A stretch of 64,000 bases of DNA from Alphaproteobacteria bacterium (GTDB lineage Bacteria; Pseudomonadota; Alphaproteobacteria; UBA828). A program made the position numbers and the translations under genes. The number at the start of each line of letters is the position of its first letter. The first letter of the stretch is position 1. This document shows positions 1 through 10,247 of this stretch, piece by piece. The stretch covers positions 576,001 to 640,000 of the forward strand of contig CBDCQT010000010.1 of assembly GCA_965220745.1 (NCBI GenBank), written 5' to 3'. The notes below the pieces were generated by a model, which did not search any database, had not been told where the DNA came from, and worked only from the letters and a program-made list of their open reading frames with translations.

Positions 1-195
1 GTGGCCGTCGGTCTTGCGGAGGTAGGTCCCGCTTTGCTCGATCATTCCCTCGAGGACGTAAGGGATCGCCATCCGCGAATAGGGAGGCTCCGGCTCGTCG
101 CCGATGAGAACGATGTCGGCGTTCCGGTCGCCCTTGCGCAAGGTTTCGGCTGCGACCACGCCGGCCGGGCCGGCACCCACGATCACATGCTGCAT
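1..195 (-). CDS. FAD-dependent pyridine nucleotide oxidoreductase (AorC-like), 5' part only; runs off the window edge
   Basis: Manual translation from ATG at 195: MQHVIVGAGPAGVVAAETLRKGDRNADIVLIGDEPEPPYSR (GxGxxG FAD motif); downstream of the AOR large subunit; absent from the ORF track. Confidence 0.85.
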   Translation of the reverse strand, partial: MQHVIVGAGPAGVVAAETLRKGDRNADIVLIGDEPEPPYSRMAIPYVLEGMIEQSGTYLRKTDGH

Positions 196-367
196 GTTGG
201 CTCCCGCTTGGCTGTTCGCGCCGTCCCTTGCGCCCGCGCCCGTGCGCGGCAGGGAATGGCCCGTTTCGTCGCGTTCAGTGCCGTCTTCTCCGATACAAGC
301 CGGGGGGCCGACGCCCTGTTCAGCGCGCGCGGCCCCCCGCCGTCACAAGAGTAACGAACGATGCGGG

Positions 368-2212
368 CTAGAGCGCTAGGCGCTCCACCGTCTCGTTGCT
401 GGGCACGCCCTCGTCGGTCCAGCCGCGCACCTCGTAGTATTCCGGCAGCATCTGGTCGAGGCCGTTGGTGAGGCCTTCGGCCGGGCCGGTCTTCGCCGCG
501 TCCTTGAGCAGACGCGCGGGCAGGTTGTCGTCCTTGCCCGTGAAGCCCGCCGCACAGTTGTACTGCCGCTCCAGGTTCCAGACCCGCTCGCCGACTTCCA
601 GCAGCTTCTCCGCCGTCCAGTCGCCCTCGCAGGCCGCGTTGATCTGCGGTGCGATGTCATCGAGCGACCAGGCGAAGGTGGTGAAGACGCAAAGGCCGGA
701 GGAATCGACCGCCGAGGTCGCGTCCTGGAAGGCCTTGACCAAACCGGCCTTGCCTTCGGTCACGTGCGGGTCGGTCTTCTCCGGCACGCCCAGGATCTCG
801 GACGAGACGGTGTAGGCCCGCAGGTGGCAGGCGCCCCGGTTCGCGGTGGCGTAGGCCAGGCCCATGCCCTGGATGCCGCGCGAATCGTAGGCCGGGAACT
901 CCTGGCCCTTGACCGACATCGAAAGCTCCGGCTTGCCGTACTTCTCGCAGAGCCGCTTGGAGCCGAGGCCGATCTCGGCCCCAAAACCCTCGCCCTTGCC
1001 GGTGAGCTCGGCGAGGTCGGTCAGCGCCTTGGCGGAGCCGAACTTGCATTCGATGCCGCCGGTCTCGGCGTCGCCGATGACGCCTTCCTCGTAGAGCTCC
1101 ATGGCAGCGCCGACGGTGGCACCGAAGGAGATCGGGTCGATGCCCTGCTCGTTGCAGATGAAGTTGGCGAAGGTGAGCGCGTCGAGATCGTCCACGCCCG
1201 TTGCCGCGCCCAGCGCCCAGGCCGCCTCGTACTCGAGGCCACCGGAGGCGATCTGGTACTCGGGCCGCTCGGCCACCGTGTAGTGGCTGCGCTCGACCGT
1301 GGAGACCCGCCCGCAGGCGATGGTGCAGCCGAAGCAGGCGGCATTGGTCACCAGATTCGGCTTGCCGTCGGCGCGGGGCTCGGCCATCGCCTCGGCCGAG
1401 ATGTTCTTCGCGCCCTCGAACTGCACGTCCCGATGGTTGCGGGTGGGCAGCGCGCCGACCTCGTTGATGACGTTCATCAGCACCTGGGTGCCGTAGGCCG
1501 GCAGGCCCTGGCCGGTGACGGCGTTGTCCGCGAGGGTCTGCTTGCCCTCGGCGGTCGCCTGCATGAAGGAACCGACATCCTCGACCGAGACACCCAGGGT
1601 GCCACGGATCGCCACGGCCTTGAGGTTCTTCGATCCCATCACCGTGCCGACGCCGGAGCGCCCGGCGGCCCGGTGCATGTCGTTCACCACGCAGGCGAAC
1701 TTCACGCCAGCCTCGCCGGCGACGCCGATGGAGGCGACGCGGATCAGCGGGTCCTGATGCTTGGCCTTGATCCCCTCCTCGGTATCCCAGACCGACTTGC
1801 CCCAGAACTCGCCGGCATCGATCAGCTGGACGTTGTCGTTCTCCACCAGGAGGTAGACCGGGTTCGGCGACCTGCCCTCGAAGATGATCATGTCGTAGCC
1901 GGCGTTCTTCATCTCATTGCCGAAGAAGCCGCCGGAATTCGAGCACGCGATGGCGCCGGTGAGCGCGCCCTTGGTCACGACCGAATAGCGCCCGGCCGTC
2001 GACGCGCAGGTGCCGGTCAACGGGCCGGTGGTCATGATCATCTTGTTATCGGGCGAGAGCGGATCGACCCTGGGGTCGGTCTCCTCGACCAGATACTTCG
2101 TCGCGAGCCCCCGCTGGCCCAGGTACTTCTGGGCCCAATCCATGTTCAACGGCTCGTTTGTGCAGGTGCCCTCGGTGAGGTTCACCCGCAGCACGTTCCT
2201 TGCCCATGCCAT
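368..2212 (-). CDS. aor: Tungsten-containing aldehyde:ferredoxin oxidoreductase catalytic subunit (AorB)
   Basis: 614 aa; AAGRSGVGTVMGSKNLKA, CFGCTIAC, EYE and NRGACH motifs of the AOR family. Confidence 0.95.
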   Translation of the reverse strand: MAWARNVLRVNLTEGTCTNEPLNMDWAQKYLGQRGLATKYLVEETDPRVDPLSPDNKMIMTTGPLTGTCASTAGRYSVVTKGALTGAIACSNSGGFFGNEMKNAGYDMIIFEGRSPNPVYLLVENDNVQLIDAGEFWGKSVWDTEEGIKAKHQDPLIRVASIGVAGEAGVKFACVVNDMHRAAGRSGVGTVMGSKNLKAVAIRGTLGVSVEDVGSFMQATAEGKQTLADNAVTGQGLPAYGTQVLMNVINEVGALPTRNHRDVQFEGAKNISAEAMAEPRADGKPNLVTNAACFGCTIACGRVSTVERSHYTVAERPEYQIASGGLEYEAAWALGAATGVDDLDALTFANFICNEQGIDPISFGATVGAAMELYEEGVIGDAETGGIECKFGSAKALTDLAELTGKGEGFGAEIGLGSKRLCEKYGKPELSMSVKGQEFPAYDSRGIQGMGLAYATANRGACHLRAYTVSSEILGVPEKTDPHVTEGKAGLVKAFQDATSAVDSSGLCVFTTFAWSLDDIAPQINAACEGDWTAEKLLEVGERVWNLERQYNCAAGFTGKDDNLPARLLKDAAKTGPAEGLTNGLDQMLPEYYEVRGWTDEGVPSNETVERLAL

Positions 2213-2224
2213 GACGAGTCCTCC

Positions 2225-2704
2225 CTAGGCCTCGGCCTGCGCGCCGGCGTCGGTCTTGGCCGCCCACTGACGCATACGATCCAGGCCGGTCCAGTTCGCG
2301 TCCACATAGGTGATTGCCGCGGTCGGGCACGCCTTGGCGCACTCGGGATCGCCGCCGCAGAGATCGCACTTGATCACCTTGCCGGTGGACGCGTTGTAGT
2401 TCACGGTCCCGAAGGGGCAGGCGATGGTACAGACCTTGCAGCCCACGCAGAGCGCGTCCGAGACCACCTTGGCGCCGGTTTCGGCATCCAGCGTGATCGC
2501 ATCGACCGGGCAGGCCTGCATGCACCACGCCTCGTCGCACTGGGTGCAGGTGTAGGGGACCATCCGCCCCTGATCGTGGAAGTTGAACACCTTGATGCGA
2601 GACTTGGCGGGGTTGAACACCCCCTCATTCACGTGAGAGCAGGCCAGCTCGCATTGCAGGCATCCGGTACACTTGTCCGGGTCGATATGAAGCGATTTCT
2701 GCAC
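2225..2704 (-). CDS. 4Fe-4S polyferredoxin electron-transfer subunit (AorA-like)
   Basis: CTGCLQCELAC, CTQC..C...CP, CVGCKVCTIACP, KCDLC...C...CP. Confidence 0.92.
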   Translation of the reverse strand: MQKSLHIDPDKCTGCLQCELACSHVNEGVFNPAKSRIKVFNFHDQGRMVPYTCTQCDEAWCMQACPVDAITLDAETGAKVVSDALCVGCKVCTIACPFGTVNYNASTGKVIKCDLCGGDPECAKACPTAAITYVDANWTGLDRMRQWAAKTDAGAQAEA

Positions 2705-2828
2705 GTTCGTTACCCCCTTCGCGCCTCTCAGGCGCTCACCGACACTCTACACCACAAGACGCCCGCCTTGCACCGGGCGAAGTGCGCCTTGGTATGACAG
2801 GCGGTTATATGACTCATTCTCGAACCGC

Positions 2829-3302
2829 CTAGCCTGCCATCGCCTCGGCGCCCGCGGCGATGGCCTTCACGATATTGTGGTAGCCGGTACACCGGCAGAA
2901 GTTGCCCTCCAGATAGGAGCGAATCTCCGCCTCGCTCGGCTTGCCGTTGCGCTTCACCAGGTCGAGCGCGCACATCACCATGCCGGGCGTACAGAAGCCG
3001 CACTGCAGCGCGTGGTGCTCCTTGAACGCCGCCTGCATGGGATGGAGCGTGTCGCCGTTGGCCACGCCCTCGATGGTGAGCACGTCCGCGCCGTCCGCCT
3101 GGACCGCCAGCATGGTGCAGGCCTTCACGCACTCGCCATCGACGTGCACGTTGCAGGCCCCGCACTGGCTCGTGTCGCAGCCGACATGGGTGCCGGTGAG
3201 GCCGAGATCGTAGCGCAGGAACTCGACGAGCAAGGTGCGGGTCGACACCTCGCGGGCGACCTCGTCGCCATTGACGGTCATCTTGACCTGCGCCTCGGGC
3301 AC
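2829..3302 (-). CDS. coxS: (2Fe-2S) small subunit of xanthine oxidase/CO dehydrogenase family (CoxS/CutS-like)
   Basis: [28 protein letters not shown]; GTG start at 3302 chosen by homology. Confidence 0.9.
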   Translation of the reverse strand: MPEAQVKMTVNGDEVAREVSTRTLLVEFLRYDLGLTGTHVGCDTSQCGACNVHVDGECVKACTMLAVQADGADVLTIEGVANGDTLHPMQAAFKEHHALQCGFCTPGMVMCALDLVKRNGKPSEAEIRSYLEGNFCRCTGYHNIVKAIAAGAEAMAG

Positions 3303-3469
3303 GCTACCCCCCAACCCGTGAATCGCGTCTGGCGGAGAGAATAACCGCGGCCAGCATGGCGGACAAAGCGTTTGTGCCACGTGCTCGTACCGCCTGTAGC
3401 CAGTGGCGCGACCCTGACCTCGCAGGTATAGGAAGGCCGGGAGACGAGAGACGGGAGCGGGGCTCGACC

Positions 3470-5008
3470 ATGAACATTGCGGCGCTGCTGGCGAAGACCG
3501 CGCGGAGCCTACCCGAACAGCCGGCGGTCTCGCTCGGCGACGAGGTCACCGCGCGCTACGGCACGCTTCACGAACGGGCCGGGGCGATCGCGGGCGCGCT
3601 GCGCTCGGTGCACGGGCTGACCCCCGGCGCGCGGGTCGCCATCGTCATGGCGAACCGGACGGACTACCTGGAAGCGCTGTTCGGCATCTGGTACGCAGGG
3701 CTCGTCGCGGTCCCGGTCAACGCCAAGCTGCACCCGCGCGAGGTCGCCTACATCCTGGGCAATTCGGGGACCCGGCTCTGCATCGCCGACGAAGGCCACG
3801 CAGACGGGATCGAGAGCGTGCGGGACGAGGTGCCGGGCCTTGCCGCGCCGCTGGTCGCGGGTTCCGACGACTGGCGCGCCATGCTCGGCCACGATGCGGA
3901 AGGCCCCTCCGCAGCCCGACCCGACGATCCCGCCTGGCTCTTCTACACCAGCGGCACCACGGGCCGGCCCAAGGGCGCGACCATCACTCACCGCAACCTG
4001 ATGATGATGACGCTGAGCTACTTCGCCGACCTCAACCCAATCGCGCCCGACGATTGCGTGCTGCACGCGGCGCCGCTCTCCCACGGCTCGGGCCTCTACG
4101 CGCTGCCCTTCATCGCCAAGGGCGCCAACAACGTGATTCCCGAGAGCGGCGGCTTCGAGCCGGCGGAGGTTCTCAACCTGATCGAGCAGCACCCCGGCCT
4201 CAGCATGTTCGCAGCGCCCACCATGGTGGTGCGGCTGCTGGACAGCCCGGCGCTTGCCGACGCTGACACCGCCAACCTCGACCTCATCATCTATGGCGGC
4301 GGCCCGATGTATGTCGCCGACGTGGAACGCGCGCTCGCGGCCTTCGGCCCCAAGCTCGCCCAGATCTATGGACAGGGCGAGAGCCCGATGACGATTACCG
4401 CGCTCTCCCGCGCCTATCACGAAGACAGGAATCACCCGCGCTATCGCGAGCGCCTGGGCTCGGCCGGGATCGCGCGCACGGATGTCGAGGTGCGCGTCGT
4501 CGACGAAGAGGACCGCCCCCTCCCTGCGGGAGAGAGCGGCGAGATCATCGTGCGCGGCGACGTCGTGATACCGGGCTATTGGGAGAATCCGGAGGCCACC
4601 GCGAGCGCGCTCAAGGGCAGCTGGCTGCACACCGGCGATGTCGGCCGCTTCGACGAGGACGGCTTTCTCACCCTGCTCGACCGCGCCAAGGACATGATCA
4701 TCTCAGGCGGGACCAACATTTACCCGCGCGAGATCGAGGAGGTCCTGCTGCGCGACGAGGCAGTGCGCGAGGCGGCGGTCGTCGGCCGCGCGCATCCCGA
4801 GTGGGGGGAGGAGGTGGTCGCCTTCGTCGTGCCCCACGACGGCCAGAGCGTCACCGAAGACCGGCTCGACCGGCTCTGCCTGGAGAGCATCGCCCGCTTC
4901 AAGCGCCCGCGCGCCTACCGCATCGTGGACGGCCTGCCCAAGAACAACTACGGCAAGGTGCTCAAGCGCACGCTGCGCGAGGAGCTGGAGGCGGAGGGCA
5001 GAGCGTAG
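3470..5008 (+). CDS. AMP-binding acyl-CoA synthetase (long-chain fatty acid-CoA ligase family)
   Basis: [40 protein letters not shown]. Confidence 0.92.
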   Translation: MNIAALLAKTARSLPEQPAVSLGDEVTARYGTLHERAGAIAGALRSVHGLTPGARVAIVMANRTDYLEALFGIWYAGLVAVPVNAKLHPREVAYILGNSGTRLCIADEGHADGIESVRDEVPGLAAPLVAGSDDWRAMLGHDAEGPSAARPDDPAWLFYTSGTTGRPKGATITHRNLMMMTLSYFADLNPIAPDDCVLHAAPLSHGSGLYALPFIAKGANNVIPESGGFEPAEVLNLIEQHPGLSMFAAPTMVVRLLDSPALADADTANLDLIIYGGGPMYVADVERALAAFGPKLAQIYGQGESPMTITALSRAYHEDRNHPRYRERLGSAGIARTDVEVRVVDEEDRPLPAGESGEIIVRGDVVIPGYWENPEATASALKGSWLHTGDVGRFDEDGFLTLLDRAKDMIISGGTNIYPREIEEVLLRDEAVREAAVVGRAHPEWGEEVVAFVVPHDGQSVTEDRLDRLCLESIARFKRPRAYRIVDGLPKNNYGKVLKRTLREELEAEGRA

Positions 5009-5161
5009 CCCATGATATTTCTATGCAAAACATAGTGTTACACGAAATTGGGTTCGTTTTGTAATTTTCGATTTCGCGTCCCTCCCCGACTTCCCGCGCT
5101 GCGGGTGACGCGCGCGGAGGAGCATCGACGCCTGTAACGCTGCCTCGGCGAGAAATCCACC

Positions 5162-6493
5162 CTACCCTGGTGCATAAGGGTTCTTGCCGGCGCGCAGGAG
5201 GAGGCGAATCGGCACGCCGGCGAGGCCGAATTCGGCACCGATCCCGTTCACCAGATAGCGGCGGTAACTCTCTGGCAAGGCCTGCGGCTTGCTCGCGAAG
5301 AGGGCGAAGGTGGGCGGCCTGGCCTTCACCTGGGTGATGTAGCGGAGCCTGAGCCTTCGGCCGGCCGCGAGCGGCGGCGGATGGTGGGCGACCGCTCCTT
5401 CCAGCCAGCGGTTGAGCTGGGCGGTGGGCACGCGGCGATTCCAGGTATCGAAGGCGGCGAGCACCGCCGGCATGATGCCGTCGATCCCCGCGCCGGTCAG
5501 CGCCGAGCAGGTCACCACCGGAACCCCTTTCACCTGCGCCAGTGCGGTCTCCAGCCGGTCCTGGATGGCAGCGCGGGCGGCCGCACGATTCCGCACCAGG
5601 TCCCACTTGTTGAGCACGATGACGACGGCCCGGCCTTCGTCTGCCGCGCGGGCGGCAATCGCCATGTCCTGCCGGCCGGCGGGATCGGTGGCGTCGAACA
5701 CGACGAGCACCACCGCCGCCTGGCCCAGCGCCCGTTCGGCATCGCGCGCGGAGAGTTTGTCGAGCGTCGCCACGGTCTTGGCGCGGCGGCGCAGGCCGGC
5801 CGTGTCCACCAGCTCGACCGCGCGGCCTTCATAGGACCAGCGCACGGCGATCGAATCCCGCGTGAGCCCCGGCTCCGCGCCGGTGATGACCCGCGCCTCG
5901 CCCACCAGCTGGTTGAGCAACGTCGACTTGCCGACATTGGGGCGGCCGACGATGGCGAGCCGGAGCACGTCGTCCACACGGGCTGCCTCCGCCGACGCCT
6001 CGGAATCGAAGGGGCTGAGTGCGTCATAGAGGTCCGCGAGGCCCTCGCCGTGCTCGGCCGAGATCGGGATCGGCTGCCCGAGCCCGAGGGCATAACCCTC
6101 GGCGACCCCACTCTCGGCTGCGCCGCCCTCGCACTTGTTGACCGCCAGGATGATCGGTACGTGCAGCCGCCGCAGCTGCTTCGCGAAGAACTCGTCCGCC
6201 GGCGTCACCCCTGCCCGCCCGTCGATCAGAAGCAGCGCGGCGTCGGCCTCTTCCAACGCTCGTTCGGTCTGCGCCATCATGCGGCCGGCGATGGTCTCTA
6301 GCGCCGCTTCCTCGAGCCCGGCGGTGTCGATGGCGCGGAACCTGAGCGGGCCGATGCGCGCCCAGCCTTCGCGCCGGTCCCGCGTTACGCCGGGCGTCGG
6401 CGCGACGAGCGCCGCGCGCCGGCCGACCAGCCGGTTGAAGAGCGTCGACTTGCCGACGTTGGGGCGTCCCACGATGGCAACGGTGAAGGCCAC
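5162..6493 (-). CDS. der: Ribosome biogenesis GTPase Der (EngA)
   Basis: Two tandem GRPNVGKS/DTAG/NKxD-type G domains plus C-terminal KH-like domain. Confidence 0.97.
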   Translation of the reverse strand: MAFTVAIVGRPNVGKSTLFNRLVGRRAALVAPTPGVTRDRREGWARIGPLRFRAIDTAGLEEAALETIAGRMMAQTERALEEADAALLLIDGRAGVTPADEFFAKQLRRLHVPIILAVNKCEGGAAESGVAEGYALGLGQPIPISAEHGEGLADLYDALSPFDSEASAEAARVDDVLRLAIVGRPNVGKSTLLNQLVGEARVITGAEPGLTRDSIAVRWSYEGRAVELVDTAGLRRRAKTVATLDKLSARDAERALGQAAVVLVVFDATDPAGRQDMAIAARAADEGRAVVIVLNKWDLVRNRAAARAAIQDRLETALAQVKGVPVVTCSALTGAGIDGIMPAVLAAFDTWNRRVPTAQLNRWLEGAVAHHPPPLAAGRRLRLRYITQVKARPPTFALFASKPQALPESYRRYLVNGIGAEFGLAGVPIRLLLRAGKNPYAPG

Positions 6494-6509
6494 AGGCCCG
6501 GCCTCAGCC

Positions 6510-7865
6510 TCAGCGCAGCGCGATCAGATCCGCTGCGTCGGTCAGGAGGAAGAGCGTCCGATCGGCGACCACGGGCGGCTCGCGAACGGCGCTCCCGACG
6601 TTGCGCCCGCCGAGAATGCGTCCGTCGTAGGGCGAGACTGCGAGAATCCTGCCGTCCGACCCTGCTGCGATGAGCCGATCGCCGACGAGGACCGGGCCGG
6701 ACCAGAAGATCGGGTCCTCACGCTCCTCCGGATCCTCGAAGCGCGGCAGCGACCTCACCCAGAGAATGGCGCCGCTCTCGCGCGCGACGCAGAGAAGCTC
6801 GCCGTCTGCGGTCAACACGAAGATGAAGTCGCCCGCGACCCAGGGCGTGTCGAGACCGGCGATGTCCCGCTCCCAGATGCGCCGGCCGCTGCGCTCATCG
6901 ATCGCGACCATGCGCCCGCCGTGGCCGATGGCGAACACCATACCGCGGTCGATCACGGGGTTGCCGTCGGTATCGTTGAACGTGGCGATGGCGCCGATAC
7001 GGACGCCCTGGACGGCGAGGATATCGGCCCAGACCGTGCGGCCGTTCTCGACCCGAAGCGCCGTCAACTCGCCGGACGAGAAGGGTGCCACGACGATGCC
7101 GCCATCCACTGCCGGGGCCGCGCCACCGAGAAAGCCCGCGCTCTCCGCGATCGCAGCATGGCTCCATTGCACGGCGCCGGTACGGGCATCCAGCACCCAC
7201 AAGCGATTGTCGTGGCTTATGGCGAAGACACGGCCGCCGGAGACCACGGGCGGAGTGCGCACGGGCACGCCGACCGACTGCTGCCATTGCAAAGCACCTG
7301 TCCCCGCATCCAGCGCGAGCAAATGGCCAAGCCCCGTCGTCGCGAACAGCCAGCCCCCTGCCACTGCAAGGCCGCCGCCGAATGCGCCCTCGTCATCGTC
7401 CTCCGGCAGCATGTCGGCGGCCCAGAGCCTCGCACCGGTATCGGCGTCGAAGGACGAGATCAGGCTCCTCGTGTCCATGGTAAAGACGCGCCCGGCGGCT
7501 ACGACCGGCGACGCGAGAGCGGGCCCGTCGTCGTCGGTGCCTCTGCCGATTCTGGCCCGCCAGCGCTCAGCGAGAACGTCTGCCGCAGCCAAGTGATGCA
7601 TGGCGTGGTGGGGGTAGCCGCCCGACTGGGGCCAGTCCTGGTTCACGTAGGGCGGCGGCAGGCGCACCGTCAGCGCGTCGGCGCCGGGGTCCGGTTCGAG
7701 TTGCCGTTCGAGGGAAATCACCGAAAATCGCTCGCCCGGCACCGGCGACGCCTCTTCGTCGCTAAACCATCCCGAGACGGTGTCGCAGCCGCCCAGGCCC
7801 AAGAGGAAGCAAAAGCCGAGCAGGGCAACGCTCCGCGCTATGCCCTTCGGTGCGGCGCGCCTCAT
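6510..7865 (-). CDS. bamB: PQQ-like beta-propeller lipoprotein (BamB-like)
   Basis: Lipobox LGGC, repeated xDAxTGxxxW blades, located between yfgM and der. Confidence 0.85.
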   Translation of the reverse strand: MRRAAPKGIARSVALLGFCFLLGLGGCDTVSGWFSDEEASPVPGERFSVISLERQLEPDPGADALTVRLPPPYVNQDWPQSGGYPHHAMHHLAAADVLAERWRARIGRGTDDDGPALASPVVAAGRVFTMDTRSLISSFDADTGARLWAADMLPEDDDEGAFGGGLAVAGGWLFATTGLGHLLALDAGTGALQWQQSVGVPVRTPPVVSGGRVFAISHDNRLWVLDARTGAVQWSHAAIAESAGFLGGAAPAVDGGIVVAPFSSGELTALRVENGRTVWADILAVQGVRIGAIATFNDTDGNPVIDRGMVFAIGHGGRMVAIDERSGRRIWERDIAGLDTPWVAGDFIFVLTADGELLCVARESGAILWVRSLPRFEDPEEREDPIFWSGPVLVGDRLIAAGSDGRILAVSPYDGRILGGRNVGSAVREPPVVADRTLFLLTDAADLIALR

Positions 7866-8605
7866 TCCGCCGTGCTCCCGGCCGCCGCGTCGTCCGAGCC
7901 TCCGGCGTCGGCGTCGTCCCAGTCGGCCGACTGGGCGCCGCCCGCAAGCGCCGCCTCCAAATCGCCGCCAAGGCTCATCAACAACTCGGCCGCCCGCTGG
8001 CGCAAGCCCAGCGGCGCGGCCGGGTCGCTCACGAGTTCGGCGAAGAGCCCGCGCGCCGCCGCCTCGTTACCGGCGCGCAGCTCGGCGATGGCGGAAAGCT
8101 CCGTCGCCAGCGGCCGCCACGGCGAATGGCCCGCCAGCAGGGGCGCGAGCCGCTGGCTGACTTCTGTAGCGGATGCACGGTCGATCAGCCGTTGTGCGGC
8201 GAGCAGGGCGCCCAGGTCGCGATAGAGCGGGTCGAGGCGGGAGTCCGCGGCGATCTGGTCGTAGACGAAGATGGCGCCGCTGATATCCCCGCGCCCGGCA
8301 CGCGCATCGGCCTCCGCGAGCCGGGCGAGCGCCGCGTATCCGGTCTCTGAATCGGCAGCGAGCACCGCCAGTTGCTCGACGGCTTCCGCGCCGCGCCCGG
8401 ACTCGATCCCGGCCATAGCGGCTGCGAACTGCCGCCCCTCGGCCTCGCGGGTGCTGTCCCTGGCATCGGCGATCATCACAACTGCGACCGCGGCGCCGAG
8501 CGCTGCCACGCCCACCCCGAGCAGCCAGTAGCGCCACCGCCGCCACAGCTTGAGATAGCGTTCGTGCCGAAGGTCCTCATCGACCTCTCGGAAGATATCC
8601 GCCAC
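7862..8605 (-). CDS. Membrane-anchored TPR protein (YfgM/DUF2659-like)
   Basis: MADIFREVDEDLR N-terminus, one TM helix, yfgM-bamB-der synteny. Confidence 0.88.
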   Translation of the reverse strand: MADIFREVDEDLRHERYLKLWRRWRYWLLGVGVAALGAAVAVVMIADARDSTREAEGRQFAAAMAGIESGRGAEAVEQLAVLAADSETGYAALARLAEADARAGRGDISGAIFVYDQIAADSRLDPLYRDLGALLAAQRLIDRASATEVSQRLAPLLAGHSPWRPLATELSAIAELRAGNEAAARGLFAELVSDPAAPLGLRQRAAELLMSLGGDLEAALAGGAQSADWDDADAGGSDDAAAGSTAE

Positions 8606-8659
8606 GCGCGTGCCTCCGTCAGCGCCGCTCAGCCTGCCCGCGAAGCCCGGGAGACCGGC

Positions 8660-9217
8660 TCAAGCGGCTTCGCGCCACTTGATCGAGCAGCCCATGGACG
8701 GCAACTGCTCCTCGGGCCCGCGCCCGGTCTCGGCAACCTGGATCATGGCCTCGAGGAGCTCCCGGCGCGCATCCGGCACCGGCTCCATCCGCGAGGCGTC
8801 GAGCCGGCCCCGGTATTGCAGGCCGAGGCCACGGTCGAAGCCGAAGAAGTCCGGCGTGCACGCCGCATCATAAGCGCGCGCAACTTCCTGAGTCGGGTCG
8901 ATGAGGTAAGGAAAGCCGAACCCATGCTGGGCACCGAACAGCTTCATGTTCTCGAACGAATCGGCGGGATAGGCCTCGGTGTCGTTCGGCATGATGGCGA
9001 CCGCGCCGATCCCGTGGCTCTTGAGTGCGTTCACGTCCCCCACGATCCGGTCGATGACGGCCTTCACGAATGGACAATGGTTGCAGAGGAACATCACCAG
9101 CGTGCCGCGCTCGCCGGCGCAGTCCGCCAGCGTATAGGTCTTGCCGTCGGTCCCCTCCAGCCGAAAGTCCACGGCCTTCCAGCCGAAATCGCAGACGGGT
9201 GTGGTCATCGCCGCCAT
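8660..9217 (-). CDS. Thioredoxin-like AhpC/TSA family protein
   Basis: FLCNHCPFV, AACTPDFF, SMGCSIKW. Confidence 0.9.
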   Translation of the reverse strand: MAAMTTPVCDFGWKAVDFRLEGTDGKTYTLADCAGERGTLVMFLCNHCPFVKAVIDRIVGDVNALKSHGIGAVAIMPNDTEAYPADSFENMKLFGAQHGFGFPYLIDPTQEVARAYDAACTPDFFGFDRGLGLQYRGRLDASRMEPVPDARRELLEAMIQVAETGRGPEEQLPSMGCSIKWREAA

Positions 9218-9365
9218 GGGCGTGGTCTCCCTAACCGTGCGGGTTCAACGCGTAATCGTGAGTCGAGAACGATGGTGTAGAATCACAAGCATAGCTCAAA
9301 AACGCAACGAAGTGGGCGACATGATGGCGGCGTTGCGGGCGTGAGCGAGAACGGGGGCAACGACG

Positions 9366-9719
9366 ATGAGCAAGCGGTTCCGTCGGTATCGAGCCTTCTG
9401 GCCCTACTATGTGTCCGAGCACAGCCGGCCCGGAACCCGCCGGATGCACTTCGTCGGCACCACGGGCTCCGTCGCCTTGGTCGTCGTCGCCGGCGTGTTG
9501 GGAGAGCCCCTGTTGCTAATTGCCGCGCTTGTCTGCGGCTATTTCTTTGCCTGGCTCAGCCACCTGTTGATCGAGCGCAACCGGCCGGCGACGTTCACCT
9601 ATCCGCTGTTCAGCCTGGCCGGCGACTTTCACATGTGGGCGCTGATGTGGCAGGGCCGCATGGACGCCGAAGTCGAGCGGCTGTCCTCCTCAGCCAAACC
9701 AGACCAGTCGGCATCGTAG
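9366..9719 (+). CDS. DUF962 / Mpo1-like membrane protein
   Basis: FWPYYVSEH, RRMHFVG, AWLSH..IERNRPATFTYP. Confidence 0.85.
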   Translation: MSKRFRRYRAFWPYYVSEHSRPGTRRMHFVGTTGSVALVVVAGVLGEPLLLIAALVCGYFFAWLSHLLIERNRPATFTYPLFSLAGDFHMWALMWQGRMDAEVERLSSSAKPDQSAS

Positions 9720-9752
9720 CGACGCCGGCGGCGAGGCCCCGTCGGGGATGGA

Positions 9753-10214
9753 TCAGGCCGCGTCAGAGCGGGGCCTGACGGCCACGTAAGCCCTGCGGTA
9801 GTGCTCCAGGCAGTAGGGCTTGCCGAGCAGCGCAAGCTCGCCGCAAAAGTGGAAGCTGGGCTCGTCCGGATGGCCGATCGGCCATTTGCACGCCGAACTG
9901 CCGACGGCGAGAGGCGGCTCCGGCGCTCGCGATCTTGCCGGCACCACGATCCCAGACTGCGCCGTTGCCGACTTGCGCCCGTTCGTGCCATGCACACCGT
10001 TTGCACCATTCACGCCATTCTTGGCCCTCGGCGTGCGCGAATAACTCTTTCCGCGCCGGATCGGCGACGGGCGCGGCGGCAGTTGCAGGCGATGCGCCTT
10101 GCCGACGACGGCATTCTTTGACATGCCGACCGCACGCCCGATCTCGGCGGTCGTGAGTCCTTCGTTCCACAGCCGGGTCACGGTGGCGACCCGCTCCGGC
10201 GTCCAGGCTGTCAT
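9753..10214 (-). CDS. gcrA: GcrA family cell cycle regulator
   Basis: WTPERV..LWNEG..IG...SKNAVVGKAHRL, CKWPIG, FCG, YC..H; ATG at 10214 with GGAGGG RBS. Confidence 0.93.
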   Translation of the reverse strand: MTAWTPERVATVTRLWNEGLTTAEIGRAVGMSKNAVVGKAHRLQLPPRPSPIRRGKSYSRTPRAKNGVNGANGVHGTNGRKSATAQSGIVVPARSRAPEPPLAVGSSACKWPIGHPDEPSFHFCGELALLGKPYCLEHYRRAYVAVRPRSDAA

Positions 10215-10247
10215 AACCGTCCCTCCGTGCGGTGCCGGGCTTGCACC

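Noticed and set aside
302-338. GC-rich hairpin between aor and the FAD subunit gene
   Set aside because: No U-tract or recognisable RNA family; at most an mRNA-stabilising stem
361-374. ATGCGGGCTAGAGC at the aor stop is identical to 23072-23085 at the MITE right end
   Set aside because: Only 14 bp, similarity does not extend into the rest of the TIR and there is no partner repeat; probably chance
9980-10022. NGVNGANGVHGTNG tandem peptide repeat in the GcrA linker
   Set aside because: Low-complexity linker variation; too short and degenerate to be an array
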